Assembly: GCF_048593235.1 (NCBI RefSeq)
Contig: NC_133618.1
Coordinates: forward strand, 149,509,162 to 149,573,161
Reading direction: 5' to 3'
DNA length: 64,000 nt
DNA from: Sminthopsis crassicaudata
Taxonomy: Eukaryota
Under the pieces are notes generated by a model that had not been told where the DNA came from, did no database searches, and saw nothing but the letters and a program-made list of their open reading frames with translations. The position numbers and the translations under genes are program-made. Shown here piece after piece: positions 48,481 to 62,450 of this stretch; positions within the stretch are counted from its first letter, which is position 1; each line of letters begins with the position of its first letter.

Positions 48481-51400
48481 TTGCTCAAATATTCTTCAAG
48501 GTAAGTAGTCTAAGAGAATCATGATGACAGAGCTGGCTGTGATAATGAAGGATATAAAAAAGTGACATATCCCTGTTAATACTATATGTTTAATCTGCAC
48601 TTTTTTTTTGGACTGTTTGTTCAAGGCACCACTGATAGATGAATTTATAGCTGAAGAAGTGAGACTAAATGATGAAATGACCTTTGCATTTATTATTTCT
48701 GTTGAAACTGCAAATTCAGCTATCATTTTGGGAAGATTCATTCCTATATAGGAGAAAAATTGTGTTAGTTATGAAGATTGAAACAGTTCTTGCTTGCATA
48801 TTAAGGAAGTTGAAGCATAGTCCCTTATAATCTCAGAGTTTTCCTGGAAAAAAAAACCAAAAAACAAAAAACTTCTTTTTTTTTTTTTGGTAATTTTTCA
48901 AGAAGCTGATAAAATTTTCCTTCAACTACATCTTCCTCATCCCCAAAATAATGATACCTGCTTCTAAAGTATTTTTCAGACTAATTATTAGTATCTGAAC
49001 TGGGTAGCTAGCCCCCTCTATGATAATAGCCGCTTTCTTCCCAAAGTCACTCAATGTATATCATCTTTAGCCTCATTATGTCCAATTTTAAGCCCCTGTA
49101 CAAGATAATAGTCAACTGTTTCTGAGGTATCGAAAGCTCTTAACTATGTATCAAGACTGATTTGCTGAAAAAACAATAATGAATTCAGAAAAGATGGTCA
49201 TAAGTTCAACTATGAAATCCAATTAGTGCTACTAAATTGTCAATGTTAATCAAGAAGAAAACTTTAACTGAGAAGGCAAAACAGGTTTAGAACTTTTTGT
49301 CTAGATAAGCAAGAACAATCCAGTTTAAAAACATTGTTTACAAATACTCATTCTGAGATCCTGATATGGATACTGCTATTTATATTACTGTCAGAGGACC
49401 AAGAACTATATAGGCTAACGAACCATGCCCCTCATCTGGAATGACTGTTATTCATGCTTCTTGAACTTGCTATCCATCCAAGATACATCAAGCTAAAATA
49501 TATCCTTGACAGAATATGTGTTGTTAATGTTTTCATTGTTTAGTAGCATAGAAACAACATTTACCATATGAATATCCATTTATGGAGTTTTTTTGTTAAA
49601 TGTTAGGAAATAAGTAGAAGAGCTTGATCACTTCTCCAGCCATTCAAACTTGCTACTTAAACCTAGAACAATTTATAGTTTTGAATAAGCTAAGGAATCT
49701 AGAGTAAGTAAAGAGAAGAAATGTTAGCTTAACTGTTATTTTAAAAATATCTTCAGTGGAGAAAGATGAATGTTTTTAATAACATAATGAGTGCCTTCTA
49801 ATTTGAGTACATTCAGTGCCTTTGATGTAGGACCACAGATTAAGAGGCAGAAAAATAATCGTGGACTTTTTAAAATAATAAGAGATTTCCTTGGCTAATT
49901 TATTAAAGACACCTGGGTTATCCAGTTTATCTCTGAAAAGTCATTATGCATTTAATCTATGATTATAAATCTGTTTGCATAAAATTCTTCTTGTTGGTAG
50001 AGTGTGATATTTCAATGCTTCATTCCAGTACAAAGGACAAAGTTGGCAAGAACTTTGGGAAAGAGAGATGTTGTCTTTTCTGGTTTTCAGATTTGGTAGA
50101 GAAGACTCTTCAAAGAGAAGTCTCTTCAAAAAAGGTCCCTAAGGGGAAAAGACAGATTCTGAGAAGAAACTGATGATGTAGAGGATTTTGATCATATTCC
50201 TATCCCTATCTTTGAGGAATTTCTCTTAAGAAAATATCTCACATCTTCTCTCCTAGCTGAACTGAAATATCTTTCTTCTGGTAGTCTCCTATTCAGATAT
50301 GTATGCTTTCCCTAATTTCTATTCACCAATTGCTTGGATAAATGGGTTTATTTGTCATTTCACTTTGTGCAATTGGCATTTGATGGGAGAAGAATTAAGC
50401 CTTAGATATATAGCTTGGGCTACTTCTTTCTTTTAAGAGATATTGATCAGGAGACAGCTTGAACCTAAAAATTATTTCTTCTAAACTAACAATATTTAGG
50501 AAGGTGGAGAGATATAATTTTATCCTGGTAGCCTTTCTCTGAAAAGAACTAAGTAACCAGCCTCTGGCATCATTCTTTTGCTTTCCCTTCAAGCTGGAAT
50601 CAAAATCTTCTTTGGAGAAAGAAAGGTGGAAAAGACTCTAGACTCTTTTTTAAAATCTTCTGGAAACCTGGTTGTTAATTTTTTTTTAGCACACCCTTGC
50701 ATATAATCCATATAGTAATAGAAATACTTTTAGTTTTTACATACATTCTAATAAAGCAAAAAGTGTTAATGCTTAAGGTCTTTTGTAGAATGTATATTTT
50801 ATTAGGTAGAGCTTTTATATGTCATAATTTAAAGTAGAGTTTCCTTATTAATATATAATTGGTATTCAGTTAAGCCCCATATCCACTGGGGACTTTTGTG
50901 GTATGTATTGAAGAAAGGCTGCACTTTCAGATATAATAAGGAACATATGAGTCATGATGAAAGAAGAGAGTTGTATATATCCCTCACTGGGAATCTTGTG
51001 CATCAAGGAACTGGCCCTAGATTGAAATATGGAAATGAATATAGAATAATGATGATGATGAGACTTGTGACCCTTGCTAGCACTGAAGAGACTGGTGTGG
51101 TGTTGAATCATGTGTACCAAGGGATGATGGTGAACAGAGCCTTATGGGGAGAAGCAACTACACAGGCCTTGCCCTTGCTATGTTCCTGACCAAGGAGTTG
51201 GCAGCAAACAAATGAGAGATATGATTTAATGGCATATCATAAAAGTTACAACTAAACCCCTCCATTAAAATTTGATAGAAAAATCATGCTTCAAGTCCTA
51301 TAAAATAGGTATAAATGTACTGTATACTTTTGAAACCGTTGTTTCAATTTGGCTTTGGATATAATCATGACAGGCTTGTGTATAATTTTTGTGGGGAGAA

Positions 51401-54400
51401 GATGTCCCTCTTGCCCCCATTTCTTCACAGTAGGGAACAATGAACTCTGAAGAGCAATGTAGAAGGATCCTTTTGGTAATACTGTGTGTAATGTGATCTG
51501 CGTAGATCCTAAAGGAAGGTATGACTTGATGGAAGACAGCTTTGTTTGATACCCTCCTGAATGGGAATAAGAGTTTTTCTGATGACCAAGAGCCTTGCTT
51601 GGGTCAAACCTGATTTGTATTTTTGTTGGATTATATAAAACTTAGCCAATAGCTGACATGTTGTTCATTTTTGTATTTGTAGAATTGAGGACTCTGTTTG
51701 GAAGAACTAACCAAAACAATTTATTCCCAAGATTCCTCTGAGTGGGGACATGAGTCAGATTCTGGGATTGACATAAGTCAGATACTATGCCAGGTTTTCC
51801 TGGGTGGGAGGTATTAGCTAGAGGGATTTGGGGAGAAATCTCCTTTTCTTCACATTGTCCAATAAAATCATATATACATACATGTATGCATATATGTGTA
51901 TATGCATACACATGCACATTTATATATTTGTTCTAACTTGTACATTTGCATTAGATATATATGTATCCTATGGCTCAAAGCCCATTTGTTTTATATATAC
52001 ACACACATACATATATACATACAATCAAGCCTTTCATGATCATAGCCAGGACCCAATTTAAACATAGGTTTCAAATGTATATAGTGCATTTATATCCATT
52101 TTATAAAACTTGTAGCATGATTTTTCTATTAAATGATAATAGAGGTATTGGGTTGTAACTTTTATGATATACTGTTAGTCATATCTCTGATTTATTTGCT
52201 GACAATTCCTTGGTCAAGAACATAGGCCTCATTTATAACATTTTTTTTCCAGTGAAAAAATAGGATTTGTTTTATGACAATTCTCTTTGGAGTGTAGATT
52301 CTAAGACTACATAGCTGTGAAAAGCAGCCTTTAGGAGTGAGTGCAATAGACTCACTCTGAGGACACAAGCTGAAATGTTGCATGAAGATGACAATGGGGT
52401 TTCTCATAGCACTTTGTTTGGAACTTTCATTTCAATTCAACAAGTATTTATTAAGTACCTACTCTATCCATGGCTCTGTGCCAATTACTGCATTTAGCAG
52501 ATTCTAATTTCTATTATAGATATTTCTTTGTCTTAACTATTCAAGTAGGCTATAAGCCCTTGGAAGGGTGACACTATATCATTTCATCTCTGTATCCTCC
52601 AGCACCTAGCATAGTGCCTTATACATACTACATTAAAGTACTTTTGGAAGTACAATTTGAATTTGAAGATGACGTTGATAAATGTGATGGGATGTTCCAA
52701 CACGAGTTGTTGAATATACAGAACTCTTTGTGTCTAAAGTTGTTGGATTGCAAAAAAAGGTATTGGGCACTAGAAGTAATTTTAAAATCTCCTTTCTCAG
52801 AATTTTTTTAAGGAAAAAAATTAGTACCAATCTCTAGTCTGAAAAACGTAGTGCTATGTAGAAATGGGAACTGGATAAAATGATTTAGGAGATTGCATGA
52901 TTCTATGCCCTAATTTAAAAATATGGCAAAAAATATGGTGATAATGACAGTCACCTAAAAGCATGATACTCTTTGGAGGGAAATACAAGAAGCAAATAGA
53001 AATATGTCAATTTTTTTTTAGAGAAACATTAGATACATTCTGACCAAACCAAGGATTCTTTTGCTTAAACATAAAATATTAAGGCAACGAAATGTACCTC
53101 ATTTATACAAGTCTGATGTTTTAAATGAATAAAAGTACTTTCTTTTAGAAATAAGAGTTGAGACTCAGTTTTCTCATTTGTTAAATGAGAATAATGATGC
53201 TAATTCTCCCTACCTTTTAGAGTTCTTGTGAGAATCCAGTGAGATTTTTAAAAATTATTTTAATGATGTGTAAAAGTAAATTGTCACTATTAAATTAAGA
53301 GTACCATTATTATTATTTAAGGAACTCTGAAGTGAAAACTTTGGGAAAGTGGTTTTAAGTATCTAGTATCATTCTAATATCTCTCTAAAGGAAGGAGTCT
53401 TTTTCCTCACAGAAGATAAAATCAGCCTGGTGGGCCTCCTTGATTCATCAGAGGATTAGACCCATAATAAGAGAAGCAAAAGTCAGCACACCCAAAAGGC
53501 TCTCTGGTCATTAGGGAGCTACTTGTTTTTACAACACTATGTATTATGCCTGCTTTAGAGAATAGACATTAGATGTGTCATGTGTCCACAGATCCCTTAA
53601 GCCAGTCTGGCATTTATGAATCGCTGAGAGCAGTATCTTCACATTCACAAATGTTTCCACTGACTCTTGGAAAGGGGCCAGTTTTGTGACTATGACATTT
53701 CGGAGAATTCTCTTATCTCACTTGTGAGGGTCAGAGGTACCCAGCTGAGACATCAGCTTCCTTGCTTGCTTCCAGGTCCAAACATAGGTCAGGTAATCAG
53801 AATGATGGACATTAATTTACAGAGAGGATCTCTTTGGTCTTTGCCTGGCCTGGAATGAATGTTCTAATGAATCAACTTTTAAAAAACAACATTATCCCAC
53901 CTTCTTTCATTAGTATTTTAAGAATTATGTCCTAGTTTTCATGCTTGGATAAATATCTATCCCAGTCTAAATCACTAAGGAGCTGGCTCACCTAACGTAT
54001 TTTCATTTTTTTTTCCTTCCCACAGTCTCTTCTAGGTCTGTTTTCAGTCTGTTTTAGAGTCCTCTTTACAAAAGAGCTAAGCAGGGCCCCCAGATGAAAA
54101 GCCCTACTGTCTTCAAACACTGCTCAGATTTTAGAAGGTGACTTTTAAAGTATGACATCATTGAGATTCTAATCCCTAATGTTTCATGACATGAAAAGGG
54201 CAATTTTGGATCTAAATTTAATTTCTAAAAAGTTAAAAGCAGGACAAAAAGCAAGAACTGTAATTTAAACATGGCCTTTTATATGAGAAACTAACCCTTC
54301 TGACATCATCCTATGAAATTAAAAAATCAGAACTGGGAGGGACATTAGAGATGGTCTAGTTCAGCTTTGCCATTTTATAGATGCCCAAGATTGCCTGGTT

Positions 54401-54784
54401 GGTTACCTGGCAGAGCTAAGCTCAGAGACTGATTTCTAATTCAATGTGTGCTCCAATCTACCAGGTTGCCTCTAAATCAGTGGATAGTCCTTCTGTGCTG
54501 TGCCCTGGTCAGAGCATAGCTGGAATTTTGCCTTCAGTGCTGATCACTGTATTTTTGAAAGGCATTGTTAAGCTATAGAGCATCCAGAGGAAGGCAACCT
54601 AACTGGTGATGAACCTCAGATGCATATCATATAATTGAGGATGTTGCATTGGAAAGAAGACTTGGATGGGTATGGGATATGACATCTTCTAGATCACCTT
54701 TTTTTAGAGGTGAGAAGACTGAGTCAAAGAACTAACTGATTCTGTTGTGATACTAACATCAAAATATCAGAAGGACTATTGTGT

Positions 54785-55025
54785 GAGCAGCGAGGTGATA
54801 CAGTGGTCAGTGTGGGGTCTGGGAGTCAGGAAGAATCATCTTGATGAGTTCGAATTTGAACTCAGACTCTAGGTGTATATTGCTGGGCAAGTCACGTAAC
54901 CCCATTTACCTCAGTTTCCTTATCTGTAAAATGATCTGAAGAAAGAGATGGCAAACCACTCCATTATCTTTGCCAAGAAAATCCCAAAGAGAGTCATGAA
55001 GAGTTGGATATGACTGAACAACAAC
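54785..55025 (+). mobile_element. Mar1-type SINE
   Basis: gaggtgatacagtgg...gagttcgaatttgaac...gagatggcaaaccactccattatctttgccaagaaaatccc...gactgaacaacaa. Confidence 0.85.
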
Positions 55026-58000
55026 CAGAAAAATTGTGGATAAAAGCAATTGAACTTGGTCTGTTTAGCAAATCTAGGATTAGTGGATGAAAGTTGCAAA
55101 GAGGGAAATTTGGCCTTGAGATCAAAATAGAATAGGCTACTTTGGGAGATTGTTGGGTTTTTCTCACCATGTTTTCTTGCTGCATTGCAAGCAAAGTCTA
55201 GATGACTATTTTATTAGCTATTTTTAGAGAGAACCACCTTTTTTTTTTGGTAGGGGAAGGGTGTAGAAGGAACTAAATGGCCCCTTAGGTCTATTCCCAC
55301 TCTGAGTTCTGGGAATTCATTCAACGGGTCTTTACTGAGCTCTGACTAAAGGTATGGCATGATGTTAAGCATTGATGAGGAACATAAGAGAGGTGAGTCA
55401 CAGCCTTTGCCTCAGAGTTGCCTAAAGTCTAGTTGGGTAGACAGGAGGTACAGTCATGAAGCAGTAAAGTGAGGGTATGACTGCATTTGTGGACAACAAT
55501 ATATACTACCAAATAAAGGAGTCATGTTTTACTTTTCTTTCCCCAATAATGATGCTTCACTTAATTGTTAAATACAAATGTAACCCCTTTTGCATATATC
55601 ATCAAAACTGGAGAATTTGTTTAGACCTTCTAGGTCACCTCTTTTAGAGCAAAGAGGTAGGGAACTGGTTCATTCAGTTGTGATACTAAAATCAGAATTC
55701 ATTTGGGCCCTATAGTCCAGCAATGAAATAGATGTTTTTATGAATGTCAGCAAAGTGTGTAGTAGGGTACTTCAGAGTGTCTATTAAAATTCACATCTGA
55801 ATTTTCCTTTAAGGGTGTTATTTTTTTTTCTTTTTTTGGTTCACTCAGTAATCATAGATTCCAAGAATTTTAGAGCTGGAAATAATATTAGAGATCATCT
55901 ACTCTAACCCTTTTACTTTATAGATAAGAAAACTGAGGTCAAGAAAATTCATGATTTTCTTCTAGCACCTCTCCTGCCAGCAAATTTACTGATATTTAGT
56001 TCACATTTTCTTTGTATGTGTGTGTATACAGATACATGATGTTCATATCTATTTTTATATGTACGTATTATTTTCCCCAATTAGAATATAATTTCCTTTA
56101 GGGCATGAATTGTTTTATCTTCGTTTCCCTAGTGCCTGAATCATAGTAGGTGCTTAATAAATGTTTATTTCTCAAGGTTTCACAGTTCATTAATTACAAA
56201 GTCATGACTGGACCCATGTCTTCAGATGCCCAAAGTGATCTCTCTCTGTACATTGTCTACAAAGAATAAGATTGACCAATCAAATAACTTTTCATAAGTT
56301 TACTTGTATCATATTCAGGTAATAGGAAGATGAGGACTATGGACAACTACAGGAATATCAGATTTTATTATAAAAGGAAATCTCTAATCACATCCTCAAT
56401 TTGTTGAAATAGCTACATAGCTCAGTGAACAGTATGCTGGATTTGGTATCAGGAAGGTCTGAGTTCAAATCAGCTTTCAATTACTTGATGTGAACTTGGT
56501 CAAGTCACATAAACTTTTATTTGGCTCAGTTTCCTTATTTATAAAATTGGGATAATTAAAAAACTACTTCCCAGTGTTATTGTGAGGATTCAATGAGATC
56601 TTATTTGTAAAACTTTGCAAAATTTAAGGTGATACATAGAAATTCTAGCTATTATTACTTATTTAATTTTTTTTCTTTCCCTGTTGTAGGGAAGTAAAGA
56701 GGATAGGTGATGTAGGGGTTTAATATCTGCCTTTGAGAAGCCATTTAAATGATGTCTTTTTTTCTTTCTTATTGCATCATGCCAATTTCTAAAAAAACTT
56801 ATTCTAAGTCAAGGAGATAGACTCATTATGTCATAGCATCATAGAGTCATTATCATAGAATCACAGGCCTAATGTTAGCAGGAACCACAGATGCCATTTA
56901 CTTTAATTCATTCTTTTATAGAGCAAGAAAATGAATCCTAGAGAGGCTATTACTTCTATTATGGAAGGTCAGCTGGAGAAGTACTAGAATTAGCATTTGG
57001 ATCCAGATCCTCTGATTCTGGAGTTATTGCCCTTTCCACTATACTACAGTGTGTTCTACCATCTCATTGTGGTGGTCCTCAATCACTCCTAGCTATTTGA
57101 TGGTGATGGAAGTATTTTAGTGTAGTAGGAACTCCATTACTGATATTGGGATGCCAGGTTTGTGGCGTTCCTGGGAGCTCCATCAGTACTACTAGAAACT
57201 AGCTCATATTTTTCTTCCCCTCTTTCACTTTGGCTTGTCCAATAGTGTGTGGCTGCTGGGCCCCATCCATTTTGTGGTCACCCTATAATTACATTAACTG
57301 AAATCTTTGCCAGCCCAAGCCAATCAAATTTCATTATGTTGTGCCCATGTTAAGTGTTTGTGTATATCTTGATTCATTTTGATTGGTGACCATGTATATA
57401 CAATGTATGAGTATATGTATATAAATATCTGTGTCTAGATGTGTAACATGTGCATGACTATTAAATGGTGATAAAGTACAGATCTTATGAGATGATTAAA
57501 GCAAAACACAGCATGTTAGACTCAAAGCAGTCAAGAAATTTTGGGGAAAGCTTTTCTCACTGTGGTAAAAAAGATGCCTTTAATTGGCTAGCACTGGTTC
57601 CTAAATTTTCTACAGTTTGTTCCTTGAGCCAAGAAACTTAAGCTGTTTGGGGTCATTTCTAAAAAGTCTGTTAAGAATCAAAGTTAACATAATTCTCTCA
57701 AGAAGTTAGTGTTGTTAACTACTATATTTGTATCTCCAAAGAGACTGCCATCTTGAATCTGGGTCCCAAATGTGAATATTAACTTTCATGAACAATACAC
57801 AATTTGAATCCACACTGACAGAAAGAACTGGGATGTTAAGTAATTATCTGGCCAATCTGAGCCACAGAGGTAACCAGATAGCACATGCTTTAGTGGCTAT
57901 TTAGGGTGATGCTATTATAATCCTTTACTTGATGGAATTACATACATGTGTATACACATGTGTGTGTGTTTATATGTACGTATTTGGGATTTTCTTGGCA

Positions 58001-58039
58001 GAAATACCATAGTGGTACGCCATTTTCTTCTCCAAATAT

Positions 58040-61000
58040 TTTAATTTTATTTTTTAAAATAATACTTTCCCCCAAATGCATGTTAAGACTTTTTTTGCAT
58101 TCATTTTTTTATAAGATTTTGAATTCCAAATTTTTCTCCTATCCTCCCTCTTCTCCCCCTTTCCAAAGATAGTAGGCAATTTGATATAGGATATACATGT
58201 GCTATCATGTAAAACATATATCAATATTGGTCACAGTTGTGAAAGAAGAAACAGATAAAGAGGGAAAAAACATGAAAAGGAGTAAGATAAATTTTTAAAA
58301 GTATGCTTTGATTTGCATCCAGAGTTCATCAGTTCTATATTTGAAAGAATTTTCCTTTATGAGTCCTTTGCATTTGTCTCTAATCATTGTGTTGCTGAGA
58401 AGAGTTGAATCATTTATAGGTGATCATCACATAATGTTGCTGATACTGTGTACAATGTTTTTCTGGTTTTGCTCATTTTACCTTTCATCAGTTCCTACAA
58501 GTTTTTTTCCTGAAATCTGTCTGTTCATCACTTCTAATTGGACAATAATATGCCAATACATTCATATAACACAGTTTGTTCAGCCATTCCCCAATTGATG
58601 GGCATCTCTTCAATTTCCAATATTTTGCCACCATAAAAGGGCTGTTATAAATATTTTTGCACATGTATGTCCTTCTCCAATTTTTTATGATCTACCTAGC
58701 AAGTAGTATTGCTGGATCAAAGATATTCATAGTTGTATAGCCCTTTGGGTATAGTTTCAAATTATTCTTCAGAATGGTTGGATCGGTTCACAAATCCAAC
58801 CACAGTGCATTAGTATCCCAATTTTCCCACATTCTCTCCAGTATTTATCATTTTTATTTTTTTTGGTCATTTTAATCGATCTTATAGATGTAAGATGATA
58901 CCCTAGAGTTATTTTGCCTTTCTTTAATCAAAAATGATGTAGAGCACTTCTTCACATGCCTATAGATAGTTTTGATTTCTTTATCTGAAAACTGCCTATT
59001 TATATCCTTTACCATTTATCAATTGGGGAATGGATTACATTCTAATAAATTTTGCTCAGTTTTCTATATATTTGAGAAATGAGGTCTTTATCAGATATTT
59101 TCTATAAAGATTGTTTACCAGATTTCTGTTTTCCTTCTAATCTTAACTGGTTTTCTTTGTGCAAAATCTATTTAATATAATAAAAATTATCTGTTTTTAC
59201 ATTTTGTAATGCTCTGTATTTCTTGTTTTATCATGAACTATAATTTACTTCTTTAAGTATTTGGATGCTATACTACTTGGTGCATATATATTTAGGACTA
59301 CTATTACTTCATTGTCTATGATACCTTTTACCAAGATGTAGTTTCCTTCCTTATATATTTTAATTAGATCTGCTTTTGCTTTTACTTTGTCTGAAATCAG
59401 GATTGCTACTTCTTCTTCTTTCTTCTTCCTCCTTCTTCCTTCCTTCTTCCTTCTTCCTTCTTTCTTCTTTCTTCTTCTTCTTTTTTTTTTTAAACTTTGG
59501 TTGAAGCATAATAAATATGGCTCCAGCCCTTTATTTTTATTCTCTTTGTGTGTCTATCTGCTTCAAGTGTCTATCTGTTTCTTATAACCAACACATTAAA
59601 GAATTCTGTTTTTTATTCATTCTGCTAACTGCTTCCATTTTAGGGGAGAATTAAATACATTTACATTCAGTTATTATTACTAACCATGTATTTCCTTCCA
59701 TCCAATTTTTCCTTTTGTTTGCTCTTTTTCTTACTTTTTACTTTCCTGCCTTCTCTTCTATTATTCCCAGCCACTCCTTTAATTAATCTCCAATCCTTCT
59801 ACTTTCTTGTTGGATAAGATAATTTCTATATTCAGCTGATAGTATATGTTATTCCCTTTTTGAGCCAATACTGATGAGAGTAAGGTTCAAGGTATACCCA
59901 TCACTCATTCTCCCATCTTTCCTTTCACAATAATATTTTTTGTACATTTTCATGGAATAATTTAACCCATTCTACCTTTCCTTTCCTTCTGCATCTAGTA
60001 TACTCCATTTTCTCCTTCCTTAATTATTTTTATGTCACTTTATATCCTTATCTACTGCCAATGTATTTTCCTTCTAATTATACTATTAGTGGTATAGTTT
60101 TTTAAGAATTAAAAGTATCATCTTCTCATGTAGGAATGTAAACAGTTCAATTCCATTGAATCCCTTATATTTTCTTCCCACTCTTTTACATTTTTAGGCT
60201 TCTCTTGGGTCTTGATACTGTAGATTAAATTTTTTTGTTCAATTCTGGTCTTCTTATGAAATCTTGATATCTTTCTATTTCATTGAATTTCTATTTCCTT
60301 GAAGTATTATGCTTAATTATCTTAGTTCCTTTGCCTTCCAAAATATCTTCCATGACCTCTGATCCTTTAATGTTGAAGCTGCTAATATCTATGTATTCCT
60401 GATCATGACTCCCTGATGTATCAGTTATTTCATTCTGGACATCTGCTGTATTTATTTGTCCTGATGATTCTGTAATTTGGTTACTATGTTCCTTAGAGTT
60501 TTTATTCTGAGATTTCTTTCCTGAGGTGCTGGGTGGATTTTTTTCAATGCCTATTTTGCCCTCTGGTTCCAGGATGTCAGAGTAGCTTTCCTTGATAAAT
60601 TCTTGAAAGGTGCTGTCCAATTTCTTCTTTTGATTATGGTTTACAGATAGTTCACTGATTTAGACATTATCTTTCCTGGATTTATTTTTCAGGTCAGTTG
60701 TTTTTCCAATGATTTATTTTACATTTTCTTCTACTTTTTTCATTATTTTGAATTTGTTTGATTGATTAACGATGTCTCATAGAGTTATTAACTTCCACTT
60801 GCACAATCCTGACTTTTAAGGAGTTGTTTTTCCCACTTAGCTTTTGTACTTCATTTTCCTTTTGGCTAATTATACTTTATAAATAATAGTTATCTTCAAT
60901 GTATCTTTGTATCTCCTTTTTCATTTGGCCAATTCTATTTTTTTAAATAGCTGTTTTCTTTTCCCAAGCTGTTGATTCTTATTTCATAATTCTCTTGCAT

Positions 61001-61700
61001 GACTCTCAATTCTTTTTCCATTTTTATTTCTATTTCTCTCAAATGATTTTAAGCTCCTTTCTGAGTTTTTTCATGAATTCTTTCTGGGCTTTAGATCACT
61101 TCACATTTTTTCTTTAGCGTTTTGCCCTGAGGTGTTTTAACATTGTTGTCTTCTGAGTTTTTATGATCTTTCTTATGATCACATTCTTTGTTGTTGCTGT
61201 TGATGTTGTTTTGCTCATTTTTAAAAATTTTTTCCCTTTGTTTTAAATTTGAGCTTTGCTCTCAATGCAGAAGGGGCACTGTTTCAGGCTTCTTGTACTT
61301 TCACCCTTAGAATTGGTAGTTATCTATTTATCTGAGCTACACTGAAGCACTTGGCAGTTCTCAGAATTGGAGTCTGCCAGTATGCCTGTCTATGTTGAGG
61401 CACATGGATGGAGGTAGTGGGAGGACCTGGTGGGAAGCTATTGCTTGATCCACTGCAATGGGACTCAGGACCTTCTGCTAGTTTGCTGAGGTAAGATTTG
61501 TTATTGGCTTAAATAGATGCTTCCTATTCTGGACTGTATTACCCATTTACCTGAGTAAGGCAGAGTTTTCTTGCCAATCTTCCAAGTTTCTTGCATTGTC
61601 TTTTTGCTGGTTCTGCTTTTCCAGATTTTGTTTGTGGGCATTATTTTACAGTTATTTTGATGTGGATATGGAAGAATTATGGTAATTTACTATGTAATTC
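58040..61700 (-). mobile_element. Old L1 with 5'UTR, ORF1, ORF2 N- and C-termini and 3'UTR, but an internal ~2.5 kb ORF2 deletion
   Basis: ORF1 ATG at ~61218 and ORF1 peptide DSTFQEFIKESYSDILEPEGKIGIE. Endonuclease IDNEVIVVLNIYAPSSIASKYLK at ~59255-59320 is joined at ~59240 directly to the ORF2 C-terminal region. 3'UTR at 58040-58400. Confidence 0.8.
59410..59482. repeat. (CTT)n/(CCTT)n-rich simple repeat inside L1
   Basis: tcttcttctttcttcttcctccttcttccttccttcttcc... read directly. Confidence 0.9.
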
Positions 61701-61879
61701 ACCATCTTGGCTCCCAGAAGCTCCAGCTTATTTTAGAGATGAAGAAACTGAGGCAAACAGGATAAGTAATTTATCCAGGTATGTGACATACCTTATAAGT
61801 ACCTGAGGTCAAATTTGTATATCTATACACAGACTTAGACACTTATACACACACTTGTGTGTTTCTGTGTGTGTATGTG

Positions 61880-62450
61880 TAGATAGTTATATTCATAGAA
61901 TTTTAGAGTTGAAAGAGATTTCAGTAACTATAGAGTCTATCCCATACCTAACTAAGAATTCTACCTATCACTAGCTGAACAATTAATCATCTAGACTTTG
62001 CTGAAGACAAATTCCACAAACTTAAAGTATCCCATTTAATTCTGGGAAAGCCCTGTTTGTTGGCTATAAGAGGCCTGGTTTTGCCACTTTACAGTACCCA
62101 TTGATCCTAGCTTTGCTATCTATGGTCATATTTTGACCCTGTTTCATGTGACAGCCTTTCATATACTTGAAAAAAACTAGTATAAAGACCACTTCTCTAG
62201 GTTAAACAGTCCCAGTTCTTTAACCTGACTTTCATATTCCATGAACTCTTGGACTACTCACCCCACTTCCTTGTGCCTCAGTTTCTTCATCTGTAAAATT
62301 AGGGAAGTCACACTAGATTCTTGATCCTACGATTACTCTGCTTACCTCTTTCTGGAAATTCTCCAGACTATTATTTTCTTCCTAAAATCCAAAACACAAC
62401 CAGATACTCTGGATAGAGTCTGACCAGGATAGAATAAAAACTCTATTTTC
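61880..62450 (-). mobile_element. L3/CR1 3' fragment with a MIR insert
   Basis: catagaattttagagttgaaagag...ctctaggttaaacagtcccagttctttaacc...gagtctgaccaggatagaata. Confidence 0.65.

Noticed and set aside
48824-48950. LIISEFSW..VIFQEADKIF resembles recalled Ebola NP LIIQAFEAGVDFQESADSF
   Set aside because: The match is short and spans an A/T tract. The far more conserved NP core (FLPKLVVG, RFSGLLIVKTVL, HGEYAPFAR, GSTLAGVNVG) is not recognisable downstream. Kept only as an unresolved lead in the findings.
50380-50440. Minus-strand LLKER...KA*FFSHQ resembles bornavirus L KEKELK..GRFFSKQ
   Set aside because: Spacing is wrong, and no polymerase motifs A, B or C (e.g. GDNQ) occur at the expected distances.
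51683-51794. Good acceptor (ttttgtatttgtag) and a downstream CAG|GT suggesting a cryptic exon
   Set aside because: All three frames contain stops, the donor (gttttc) is weak, and there is no ACOX homology.
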